Origin: Eledone cirrhosa
Lineage: Eukaryota
Direction of reading: 5' to 3'
Length of the DNA: 64,000 nt
Assembly: GCA_964016885.1 (NCBI GenBank)
Contig: OZ024741.1
Location: 303,552,001-303,616,000, forward strand
Positions 9,803 to 21,600 of this stretch are shown here, piece after piece. The position numbers and the translations under genes were made by a program. The first letter of the stretch is position 1, and the number at the start of each line of letters is the position of its first letter. The notes beneath the pieces were generated by a model that did not search any database, was not told the origin of the DNA, and was given only the letters and a program-made list of their open reading frames with translations.

Positions 9803-9882
9803 ACACACACACATACATACATACATACATACATACATACATACATACATACATACATACATACATACATACATACATACAT
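9803..9882. repeat. (CATA)n microsatellite
   Basis: Direct reading. Confidence 0.95.
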
Positions 9883-10462
9883 AAAACAAATTTTGCATCT
9901 AATAACTGCATATACACATGTACAGATACAAAGCATATACACATGCACACATACAACTCAAAACATCCACATCCACACATACAATAACATCCATATCTAC
10001 ACATGCATGCTTACATACATATCTACCTAGGTGATGTTGTGTAAATTCCAATGAGAGAGTATTGTGTCTATGTTAGAAACCGACTCTCTCTCTATTGGTA
10101 AAACTGTGTGAAATTATAAAACCAGAAGAACATACATACATACACACACACACACAAACATTCACACATACATACATACATACATAATGGTGGCTGCCAA
10201 CTCGTTTTCGAGTACGGCCACTACTTTATATCCATGCAGGAGAACCCCTACCGATGCGATAAACGAGTGTGACTTTTTAGTCCAGCCAGCGACTTGAAAA
10301 CTCTGGTACAAACACTACACTTGTGACAATTATTGACACATAGTGCTGGGCCCATGGTACCATGTGATGACAAGTGCAGAGAGATCTCTAGATATAAAGC
10401 AATGCCTGTGCCGTGAAGCTTTTATAGTGAGCATAGGCACTGCACAAAGCCAGTCCATGAGA

Positions 10463-10918
10463 CATACATAATACATACATACATACACACACATATACAT
10501 ACATACATACATACATACATACATACATACATACATACATACATACATACATACACATATACATACATACATACATACATACATACATACACACACATAT
10601 ACATACATACATACATACATACATACATACATACATACATACATACATACATACATACATACATACATGTGTGTGCGCGTATTTATGTGTGTATTCACAT
10701 ACGTACCCACACAAGTGATCACATTCAAACAGTCACATACATAGACACAAACACTCACAGATACATACAGATGCATATCTCACGTGTTACCGTAGCCTTA
10801 ACGTTGGATCTATTCATTCCTGGACAATACGGAGACAGAGAGAGAGAGAGAGTCACATACACACACACGTACACGCTCACACACACATACACACACACGA
10901 ACTTACACACACACACAT

Positions 10919-10986
<68 letters not shown>

Positions 10987-11067
10987 ACATATGTACATCT
11001 CACATGTTACCGTAATCCTAACGTTCAATCTATTCATTCCTGGACAATGCAGAAATACACACGCACA

Positions 11068-11106
<39 letters not shown>

Positions 11107-11200
11107 ACACACACTCACACACACACACACACTCACACACACTCACGCACACACACTCTCACACACACACACTCACACACACACACACACACACACACAT
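10463..11200. repeat. (CATA)n/(CA)n microsatellites with a duplicated 53-bp unique block
   Basis: atctcac[g/a]tgttaccgta[gc/at]c[t/c]taacgtt[gg/ca]atctattcattcctggacaat occurs at about 10777-10828 and 10997-11048. Confidence 0.85.
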
Positions 11201-11375
11201 AATATTAAGACGTAGAGAAGCAGCCGATATGACCTTTTACCTATCTACTCCGCCTTCCCCACTACCACTTACACCGCAATATATCTTTCTTTCAATAGTA
11301 GCTGATAACAGACTTAAACAAACAAACAAGATTAAGAAAAAAGCACAGAAATCCACAAAAACAAAAGAAAAATAA

Positions 11376-11700
11376 TGTTACGCAGTCTTCATGTCAATCG
11401 ACGCCATTGTTAACCGGATCCGGATGTCCTAGGTGTGCTCGTGGCCATCTTCAATATGGCGGTCGCCGACACACACCATATGTAGCCCCGCCCAGCAAAG
11501 CAGTGACGGTTGTGTTGTCGCGCACGCATCGCTTGCACGTAATACAGATCTGATCCCTGTTATTAATATATAACACATAAAGCTCCTTCCTTGTTCGTGT
11601 CTGCAAGTTCTCGGTTTCAGTCGTTCAGTCGTCTCATCGGTTTTCGAAGCTAAGCCACAGAAACCAGCGGTTGAACGGCGGTTAACCAACTAACAACGGC
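11376..11700. promoter_or_regulatory. CpG-rich candidate (bidirectional) Pol II promoter
   Basis: YY1-like GCCATCTT (11444-11451) and AATATGGCGG (11453-11462), ETS-like CCGGATGT (11420-11427), GC box GCCCCGCCCA (11485-11494), and Inr-like TCAGTC at 11617 and 11625. Confidence 0.5.
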
Positions 11701-11951
11701 TTTTACTTCCACAAGATTCATTATTATTACCGCCCCGTCACCCCATCCACTCGTATTCCCTTAATTACTTTCATATTTCACCATATCGACTGTCTTCCGT
11801 CTCTTTTAGTCTGTCACTGTCTCACCCCGAGTCCCATTGATATTCTATTCATCTATTTGACTATCTGTCTGTTTATCTATTCCCCCTCCTCCCATACTCA
11901 CTGTCTCTCATTGTAAGTATATATCTGTGCGTCTGCGTATATATATATATG

Positions 11952-12008
<57 letters not shown>

Positions 12009-12325
12009 CAGAGCGGGGGGGGGGGGTAAAATCCCGACCGCGGTGCAGCGGTCAGGATTTTACTTTACCGATCTCTGTACCTACTCAGCATCTTCCCGTG
12101 CATTGAGTACTCCCCGGTGTGGTATCCCCGGTGTTAGCACTGCAGTCTCTCTCTCTCCATAATATATATATATATGTATGTATCTGTGTGTGCGTGTGTG
12201 TGTGTGTATACCCGTGTGTGTGTGTTTGTGTGTAGGGCTACTTGGCAGTTATTAGAACATCGAATAGAATACATTGCAGTATTCCTTGTCTTTCTGATCA
12301 ACTTTTCTTTTCTTCCTTTCAGTAT

Positions 12326-12761
<436 letters not shown>

Positions 12762-12967
12762 ATTTGTTAGATCAGAAAACGCATTGTAACTCCTATAAAA
12801 AAAGTCAAGCTAACTTCAACGCAATCTTTTGCCCTGCAAGAAATAGTAGTCACATTTCCCTCAAATCACATGTTCTAGACTGGTATTGTGTGTTTTAGAC
12901 TCATCTGTACAATCCGACATGCAGTGAATGAATCGTATGGGGTAGTGTGTGAAATTATGAACATTTA

Positions 12968-13359
12968 TTCTCGGCTCCCAAATAATAGGGAGGGGTTGGA
13001 ATATGTGTGAGGATGAGCGTTCGAAAATCGATAAATTTTCTAGGTTGTCTCCCTTGATGTTTTTTTTAAAAACCAGAATTAGTCGATTACTTTTACATAT
13101 TGAGACTCCAACAAGCCCTACTTATTATTTATAACGTATCGGATTTCTAATAAAGTAGTTTTTTGGTCATGTATAATGGTTGTATTTATATTAATTAATT
13201 GTCGCAAGAATGCTACCACTTAAAATAAAATTCCACCTGAACTAGATTAGCCAAATTTGATAAGCGCGGCGGGGGTTGGAATAAGTGCGTAGGGGGTGGT
13301 GGAAAATATCTGAAAAATGTATAAGTGGAGGGCGGGGGCAATTATTCAAGACCCGTGAG
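12968..13359. mobile_element. Old MITE-like element with degenerate TIRs
   Basis: TATTCTCGGCTCCCAAATAAT matches the reverse complement of ATTATTCAAGACCCGTGAGTA at 15/21. TA lies at both ends, and GGGGTTGGAATA occurs near both ends. Confidence 0.4.
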
Positions 13360-13934
13360 TACGTATCATTAGATTTGTTTTCTTTTAATATAGTTGATGT
13401 CAAGTATAAGACAATCTGAAGTTGACTATTTTGATGTGATTTCTATGAAACAGAGATCATGTAACACTTCTAAGAAACAGAGGTTATGATTTTATCTCAG
13501 ATTGTAGAAAGTGGTAACTAAATACCACAAGGTGTTTCGCTCGACGCTCTACGTTTCTCTCAATCCACGGCCCTGTGTAACAAAATAATAAAGGAAGACA
13601 AAAAAAAAAAGACAAATACAAAAGAATCAAAGATTGTAGTCAAGAAAGCAAAGCAGACCTGTCAACTCTCCCCGTCCAGCGGGGATATCTCCCACTCACT
13701 TTGGAGTGAGTGAAAGATGTCTTCTCTTGTGAAAATGGATATAGCTTTCATTCGTGTAAAATCTCCTCATTTTGCCTCATTTCTACCCGTTTTGCGGTAC
13801 ATTTTTTCATGGTGTTCTCCGTTTAGGCTTTTAGAGGTTGGTAGGTCTGGCAAAGTGAACTAGTAGAAATATCCAAGTTGTATATTAAAACATTTGAATT
13901 ACTGACCATTAGATGTATGTATGGATCCGCAACT

Positions 13935-14255
13935 TCTTACTAAGTTGTAGGAGCATGATAGTGATATATGGTGTGTCTTGGGCATTTTGAACATGGCTGA
14001 GCCTATCCCCTCTCTAGGTCTGAACACAGCCGGTTTCTTACAGAGAAGAATAGAGTGAGAGAAAGGAAGTGAGAATGAAATATAGAGGAAGAATCGACCC
14101 CGACTCTAGTACTGGATTGGTAACTCTATCGATTTCGAAAAGATGAAAAGCAAAGTTGATCTTGGTAGATTTTAAACTCGGGGCGCAGAAAGCGAGTACG
14201 AATACCGCAAAGTATTCTATCCGCTGTTATAATGACTCTACAGATTCGCCGCCTC
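13935..14255 (-). mobile_element. Composite repeat (SINE A plus extension)
   Basis: ggtgtgtcttgggcatttt..gagcctatcccc..ggtctgaacacagccggtttcttacagagaag..gaggaagaatcgacccc..aaagcaaagttga..gaataccgc..cgccgcc. Confidence 0.7.
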
Positions 14256-14384
14256 CAAGTTGTAAACAGAACGAACAAAAATTTACAAGATGAAATTAGA
14301 AAATGTCAGTAATTATAAAGGTTTTATTTACATAACATTTCGAGTGATATATTTTTCCAACATCTTCACATACTGAATATGTAA

Positions 14385-14805
14385 CCCATTTCGTTACCAT
14401 GTTTCTAATGAAAGATACTGCCTATGATTTTCAATAAATTTTGAAAATAATAAAAAACTTGGAAGTATTTAGTAATATGACTAACATCCTCATTACTAAT
14501 CTGGTATGTTTTGAACATAAATTAATGAAGCTTCTTACATAAAATTATACTGAAAGAGTTTTCTGATAAATATAAATGCTTTAACACTTTTGTTAGCATA
14601 TTTCTACTAAAGACACTCCCTTTAATTTTCAATTATTTTTTAAAATAATTAAGAATTTGAAGGGTGTCTTCAGAACATAACTTTACAAAGGTTCTTATAT
14701 AAAATTATGATTGAAGTTTTTTTTATATAAATATAAATATATTTAAACAAACTGTATTTTACCTTAGGACCAGGGATAGCTTCAGACAGTTTAGCATCAA
14801 AGGGG
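14385..14805. mobile_element. piggyBac-like non-autonomous element with duplicated left end
   Basis: Left end (g)TAA-CCCATTTCGTTACC, a second left end TTAACACTTTTGTTAGC at about 14582, and right end GCATCAAAGGGG-TTAA. The CCC...GGG termini and TTAA flank fit piggyBac. Confidence 0.45.
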
Positions 14806-14924
14806 TTAAATAAATACATTTCTTTATGTAGATATTGAAAACGCCCAATCTTCACAACCGCCCACACTTTCAATATGTTAAGATATTTTATAGGCAATAT
14901 GTAATGACGTCCTGCATACTTATA

Positions 14925-15330
14925 ATGGTTTCTAGTTTTGGCACAAGAACAACAATTTTGGCGGGGAAGTGGAAAATGCATTATATCGAACACAGTTCTT
15001 GAATGGTACTATATTTATTGACCCCGTAAAATTGAAAAGTAAATCTGTCTTACATATGTATAAAACCACAGATTTATTAGAGAATGCGATGCACAGCAAA
15101 ATACAAGTGAATTGACTTCAACCGAGAAGTGAAACCAACACAGATTTTTACTCTGTTGCACATCAAACATTGCTATCAGTACAGCACTTGACTGGTACTT
15201 TATCAACTCCAGAAAGATAAAAATGTAAAGTTGGCATCCGCAGTATTCCAAATCAGAGAGTAGAGAGGCAGCATAAATATTGTAAGGAATTCTGTCCAAC
15301 ACTCTAACGACTCTACCAATTCACCGCTTT
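14925..15330 (-). mobile_element. Two degenerate SINE family A fragments
   Basis: tttggcacaag..caattttg..tggtact..ttgaccccg (14925-15050) and gactggtactttatcaac..ctctaacgactctaccaattcaccgc (15170-15330). Confidence 0.55.
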
Positions 15331-15399
15331 ATAAGGTGTCCGTTATAATCGTAATATACTAGTATCGTTATGGTGTTGGATTAAAAAGGCTCACTACGC

Positions 15400-15600
15400 T
15401 TTGAGGTCAATTTTCGTCGAGGTCAACTTTGCCTTGCATCCTTTCAATGTTGATGAGTAAAGTACCAGTCCAGTACTGGAGTCTATTCTTTCTCTGGCTG
15501 TTTTCCGAACTGGAGAAGTATGGTCTCCGCCAGGTTTAAAATGCCCAAGACACACCGTATGTCGAGACGATGTCCCTACGACTCCTACAAGCATTAAGTG
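15400..15600 (+). mobile_element. Composite repeat (SINE A plus extension), opposite orientation
   Basis: cgaggtcaactttgccttgcatcc..gtaccagtccagtactgg..ctccgccaggtttaaaatgcccaagacacacc is related to the reverse complement of 13965-14170. Confidence 0.7.
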
Positions 15601-15744
15601 CACTTTACCTTCCTACTGGGCCAATTCAATCATCTGTACCCACTTTATCTGAATAGGATTGTTTTAGGGCATAAATAAAAATAACTATTTTCTTCCTCTT
15701 TTATCTAGTTGAGAGAATTAAATATTGGTATTCCTTAATGGGTG

Positions 15745-15980
15745 ATACGAGGTCCACTTTGTCTTCCATACATTTAAGGTCGATAAAAAAAGTATTAGCC
15801 TAGAACTGGGGTCGATTCTTCCTCTATATCTCTTTCTCACTTCTTTGCCCTCACACTCTCTATCCTTCTCTGGAAGAAATCTGCTGTATTCAGACCTGAA
15901 GTGGAGATGGGCTCCGCCAGATTTTAAAAAATGCCTTAGAAACGTAGTATGTCAATGTGGCGCCCCTACGACTCGCTCAG
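15745..15980 (+). mobile_element. Composite repeat (SINE A plus extension), opposite orientation
   Basis: ggggtcgattcttcctctatat..cttctctggaagaaatc..ttcagacctg..gatgggctccgccag. Confidence 0.7.
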
Positions 15981-16154
15981 GAGTTACGAGACTAAAGAAA
16001 GAAAGAAATGCGTGATAAATTGGAAAATAGAGTATATTGACGTTGTGACATTTGCCCAAGATCGAATTCGATAGTGAACATTCTTTTCAGTTGTGGATAG
16101 CCTGATAACTATATTTCTTAAAGTGCAGATTCCTGATGAAGTTGACTTTGGCAA

Positions 16155-16350
16155 ATTAAACCTGGTGGAGCCCATCCCCTCTTCAAGGCTAAATACAGTC
16201 GATTTTTTCTAGAGATGGAAAGAGAGAGAGAGAGTGGAATAGGAAGTGACAATAAAATAAAGTGGAAGAATCTATCCCGGTACTGGGCTGGTACTTTTTT
16301 TTATCAACCTTGAAAGGATGAAAAGAAAAGCTGAACTCGGCGGTTTTTAA
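16155..16350 (-). mobile_element. Composite repeat (SINE A plus extension)
   Basis: cctggtggagcccatcccc..tggaagaatc..gtactgggctggtact..gaaaggatgaaaag..ctcggcgg. Confidence 0.7.
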
Positions 16351-16389
16351 AATATAACAAAACTGAAAATGTTATAATTAGATCGGCGT

Positions 16390-16765
16390 CGTTGTTGTTG
16401 TTTAGTCTCAGATCAGCTCTCACTTAGCAGTTCTATCGCTAAATCTATTCCATTTATGACCATCCCACCTTCTTTCATTTCTAGGACTAAATAGTCCAAT
16501 GTGACCTGATTTTCTTAAAGATGGTAGTGTGGGTTACAGGCAGCATATATGCTTCCTTGTTAGTTCATATTGTTGTTGAACACTAAGTCCTGATTGAGCG
16601 AAATAATGGTCAAAGGCGTACGAGATGTACTATACAATCACTTTTCAGACATATTGTAGCTATCACGTTTTTTTATGACGGTAATGGTGGTGGTGGTGAT
16701 ATATATTTGAGTGAGATTTAGCTGTTATTTACAGTAGATCGAACGGCCACATTGAAGCTCGCTCG
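16390..16765 (-). mobile_element. Interspersed repeat family B, degenerate or duplicated copies
   Basis: (GTT)n tail, atgaccatccc, and tttgagtgagatttagctgttattt..gatcgaacggccac are related to the reverse complement of 3725-3925. Confidence 0.45.
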
Positions 16766-16877
16766 ATTGCTTATGTAATGAGTCAAGGATGTTAACGACT
16801 TGCTTGGCAGAAATTATGAAATTCAAACTCAAACAAGAATTAAACCTTCTTTTGTGTTGTTTGACTCGCCGAGACCT

Positions 16878-17310
16878 TACCACTGCCATAAACACCACCG
16901 CCACCACCGTCACCACCACCACCTCCAATACCACCACCATCACTACCACCACCACCACCACTACTGCCATAATCGCCACCAACACCACCGCCACCAACAC
17001 CACTGCCATAACCACCACAACCTGCAACACTACCACTATCACCATCACCACTACCACCATCATCATCACCACCATCACCATCACCACCATTACCATCACC
17101 GCCACCACCACCGCCGTCACCACCACCACCATCCTCATCACCATCACCATTACCAACTCTATCCGTATTACCACCACCCCCGCCGCCACCAAAACCGATA
17201 CCACCACTCCCAACTCACCCACTATTGCCACTACCACTACCAACAACAACAACTTCAGCATTGTTACCACAAACAGTACCACCACCATCATATCCCCATT
17301 ACCACCACCA
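16878..17310. repeat. Degenerate (ACC/ATC/AAC)n trinucleotide repeat
   Basis: Direct reading. It gives the poly-T, poly-H and poly-V spurious ORFs. Confidence 0.9.
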
Positions 17311-18079
17311 GTCTATGTACGAACTGTGACACGCGTTTACTGTTAACCTCAGTATAAAATGTTTATATAATGTGGTCAATATCGCTATATTAGTGTCATG
17401 TAAAGCTATCTATTTTATTCCTCACCACCAATATATAAGCGTTTTATTAACCAACAAATGGAACAAACAAACAAAAATAAAATATGGCTATTTGTCTTAT
17501 TCTACGGTGTCAGTTAAACTTGAATGATTAGGCAACCTTTGTATTATTTGGGGGTTGGGTTCCGTTTCTTTTTTTTATCTTTTGCTTAACATTTATTTTC
17601 ACATGTTATTTATCCATTTATATATTTATCTATCGTTTCTTTTATTTTCTCATCTTTCGTTTCCCTATTTCCCATCTTTATATTTATGTTTATTTGTTTG
17701 TATTGTTTATATTATTGTTATTATTATTATTATTATTGCTTGACTCTTTACATTTTCCCCTCCTTTTATGATTATTTATGTCTGTTGTTATTGTTCATTA
17801 AAGCATTTTTATTTCCTTGTTTTAGCACCCCTAACTTAAACTTCATCTTCTCCAGGCTTCTCATATCTTTCCTTCTCTCCTCCCTAACCTTATTAAGATC
17901 ACTTTCATTATTCTTCTTTCCTCTTTCTGGTTTCACTTTTTTTCTTTTCTTTTCTCATTTTCATTTTCTGCCTAGCTTTTCACCATCTATAGTTCTATCA
18001 ACCTTTCTCTTCACACAGTTTTCTTCTCCCCTCCGCTAATATCTTTTTTTTTTTTTTTTTGTTATTTTACCCCCTGTAG

Positions 18080-18160
18080 GTATAACTTTGTCACCACTAC
18101 CATTAAGAAATGGGTAAGACAAGACAAAAACGAGAAAGAAAAGATGGAATGAAACGAATG
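18080..18160 (+). other. Candidate short spliced exon
   Basis: A long pyrimidine tract ending ttttaccccctgtAG| (18078-18079), with donors TGG|GTAAGA (18114) and ATG|GTAAGT (18161). The 81-nt form has stops in all three frames, so it would be a UTR/start exon or a terminal coding exon. Confidence 0.4.
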
Positions 18161-18184
18161 GTAAGTTTTGGGAAGCTAGCATGT

Positions 18185-18285
18185 CACGTGTTAGCTGTGC
18201 CACGTGCACCATGACGATTGGACGAGATCAATCATTGCGTGCACGTGATACGATCCGCCGAGTTCGGTTGGTTCAGAAACACGTG
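18185..18285. promoter_or_regulatory. Cluster of four canonical CACGTG E-boxes
   Basis: CACGTG at 18185, 18201, 18242 and 18280, each with different flanks, plus TGACG (18212) and ATTGG (18217). Confidence 0.6.
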
Positions 18286-18649
18286 CTGCTACGCTTGTTT
18301 CTTTCTTTTTTTCTTTTACTTTTCTTTTTTTAAAGTTTGTTTTCTTTTTCAGTTATTTTTGTTGGTATTATTATATACGTTTCGTTGTTTTTTTTTCTTT
18401 TTATTGTCATTCATTCATTCGTTCTTTCGCTCGTTTATTCATTCATTTATTCCGCCATTCAAATAAACTTTGCCGTGTGGTGTCAACAACTACAACAACA
18501 AGAAGCCGAAAAACAAACAGTAGACCTACAGAGGTTTTAAAGATAGGTTTCATCTACGAGGAGGTGGAGGTGTGTGAGGGGGAAACCTCTCTAACAGCCA
18601 TGTAAACACTTGTGATCAAATGGCTCGTCCCTGCTACTACTACAACCAG

Positions 18650-21600
18650 CGACACAACCATTATCGACACCAACATCACTACCAACAACAACACAACCAC
18701 AATCAACACAAACATCACTACCAACAACAACACAAGCACAATCAACACCAACATCACTACCAACAACAATACAACCACAATCAACACCAACATCACTACA
18801 ACCACCAACACAACCACAATCAACACCAACATAACTACCAACAACAACACAACCACAAACAACACCAACATCACTACCAACAACAATACAACCACAATCA
18901 ACACCAACATCACTACAACCACCAACACAACCACAATCCACACAAACATAACTACCAACAACACAACCACAATCAACACCAACATCACTACCAACAACAA
19001 TACAATCACAATCAACACCAACATCACTATCAGCAACAATACAATCACAATCAATCAACACCAACATCACTACAACCACCAACACAACCACAATCAACAC
19101 CAACATAACTACCAACAACAACAATACAACCATAATCAACACCAACATAACTACCAACAACAACACAACCACAATCAACACCAACATCACTACCAACAAC
19201 TATACAACCACAATCAACACCAACATAACTACCAACAACAACACAACCAAAATCAACACCAACATAACTACCAACAACAACACAAACACAATCAACACCA
19301 ACATCACTACCAGCAACTATACAACCACAATCAACACCAACATCACTACCAACAACAATACAAACACAATCAACACCAACATCACTACCAACAACAACAC
19401 AACCACAATCAATACCAACATCACTACCAACAACAACACAACCACAATCAACACCAACATCACTACCAACAACAACACAACCACAATCAACACCAACATC
19501 ACTACCAGTAACAACACAACCACAATCAACACCAACATAACTACCAGTAACAACACAACCACAATCAACACCAACATCACTACCAACAACAATACAACAA
19601 CAATCAACACCCATATCACTACAACCACCAACACAACCACAATCAACACCAACATAACTACCAACAACAACACAACCACAATCAACACCAACATAACTAC
19701 CAACAACAACACAACCACAATCAACACCAACATCACTACCAACAACAATACAAACACAATCAACACCAACATCATTACAACCACCAACACAACCACAATC
19801 AACACCAACGTAACTACCAACAACAACACAACCACAATCAACACCAACGTAACTAGCAACAACAACACAACCACAATCAACAGCAACATCACGCCCAACA
19901 ACAATACAACACAACCACAATCAACACCAACATGACTACCAGTAACAACACAACCACAATCAATACCAATATAACTACCAGTAACAGGACAACCACAATC
20001 AACACCAACATCACTATCAACAACAATACAACCACAATCAACACCAACATCACTACCAACAACAACACAACCACAATCAACGCCAACATCACTGCCAACA
20101 ATAATACAACCACAATCAATACCAACATCACTACCAATAACAATACAACCACAATCAACACCAACATCACTACCAACAACAACACAACCACAATCAACAC
20201 CAACATCACTACCAGTAACAACACAACCACAATCAACACCAACATAACTACCAACAACACAACCACAATCAACACCAACATCACTACCAACAAGAACACA
20301 ACCACAATCAACACCAACATCACTACCAACAAGAACACAACCACAATCAACACCAACATAACTACCAACAACAACACAACACAACCACAATCAACACCAA
20401 CATCACTACCAACAACAACACAACCACAATCAACACCAACATCACTACCAACAACAACACAACCACAATCAACACCAACATGACAACCAACAACAACACA
20501 ACCACAATCAACAACAACATCACTACCAACAACAACACAACCACAATCAACACCAACATCACTACCAACAACAACACAACACAACCACAATCAACACCAA
20601 CATCACTACCAGTAACAACACAACCACAATCGATACCAAAATAACTACCAGTAACAAGACAACCACAATCAACATCAACATCACTACCAACAACAACACA
20701 ACCACAATCAACACCAACATCACTACCAACAACAACACAACCACAATAAACACCAACATCACTAACAACAACACCACATCCACAATCAACACCAACATCA
20801 CTACCAGTAACAACACAACCACAATCAACACCAACATAACTACCAGTAACAACACAACCACAATCAACAGCAACATCACTACCAACAACAATACAACCAC
20901 AATCAACACCCACATCACTACAACCACCAACACAACCACAATCAACACCAACATAACTACCAACAACACAACCACAATCAACACCAACATCACTACCAAC
21001 AACAATACAACCACAATCAACACCAACATCACTACCAACAACAACACAACCACAATCAACACCAACATGACTACCAACAACAACACAACCACAATCAACA
21101 CCAACATCAGTACCAACAGCAATACAACCACAATCAACACCAACATCGCTACCAGCAACAATACAACCACAATCAACACCAACATCACTACCAACAACAA
21201 TACAACCACAATCAACACCCACATCACTACAACCACCAACACAACCACAATCAACACCAACATAACTACCAACAACACAACCACAATCAACACCAACATC
21301 ACTACCAACAACAATACAATCACAATCAACACCAACATCAGTACCAACAACAATACAATCACAATCAACACCAACATCACTATCAACAACAATACAACCA
21401 CAATCAACACCAACATCACTACAACCACCAACACAACCACAATCAACACCAACATAACTACCAACAACAATACAATCACAATCAACACCAACATCACTAT
21501 CAACAACAATACAACCACCATCAACACCAACATCACTACAACCACCAACACAACCACAATCAACACCAACATAACTACCAACAACATCACAACCACAATC

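Noticed and set aside
10048-10098. CCAATGAGAGAGT...GAAACCG...ACTCTCTCTCTATTGG hairpin as a ribozyme
   Set aside because: The core boxes and NUH site do not fit, and pairing is driven mostly by GA/TC dinucleotides.
13669-13712. Two adjacent hairpins (TCCCCG/CGGGGA and CACTCACT/AGTGAGTG) as a Helitron end
   Set aside because: No CTRR terminus at the expected distance and no other supporting feature.
16133-16160. CTGATGA as a hammerhead core
   Set aside because: It has no downstream GAAA or stems and is followed by a SINE-like gttgactttg fragment.
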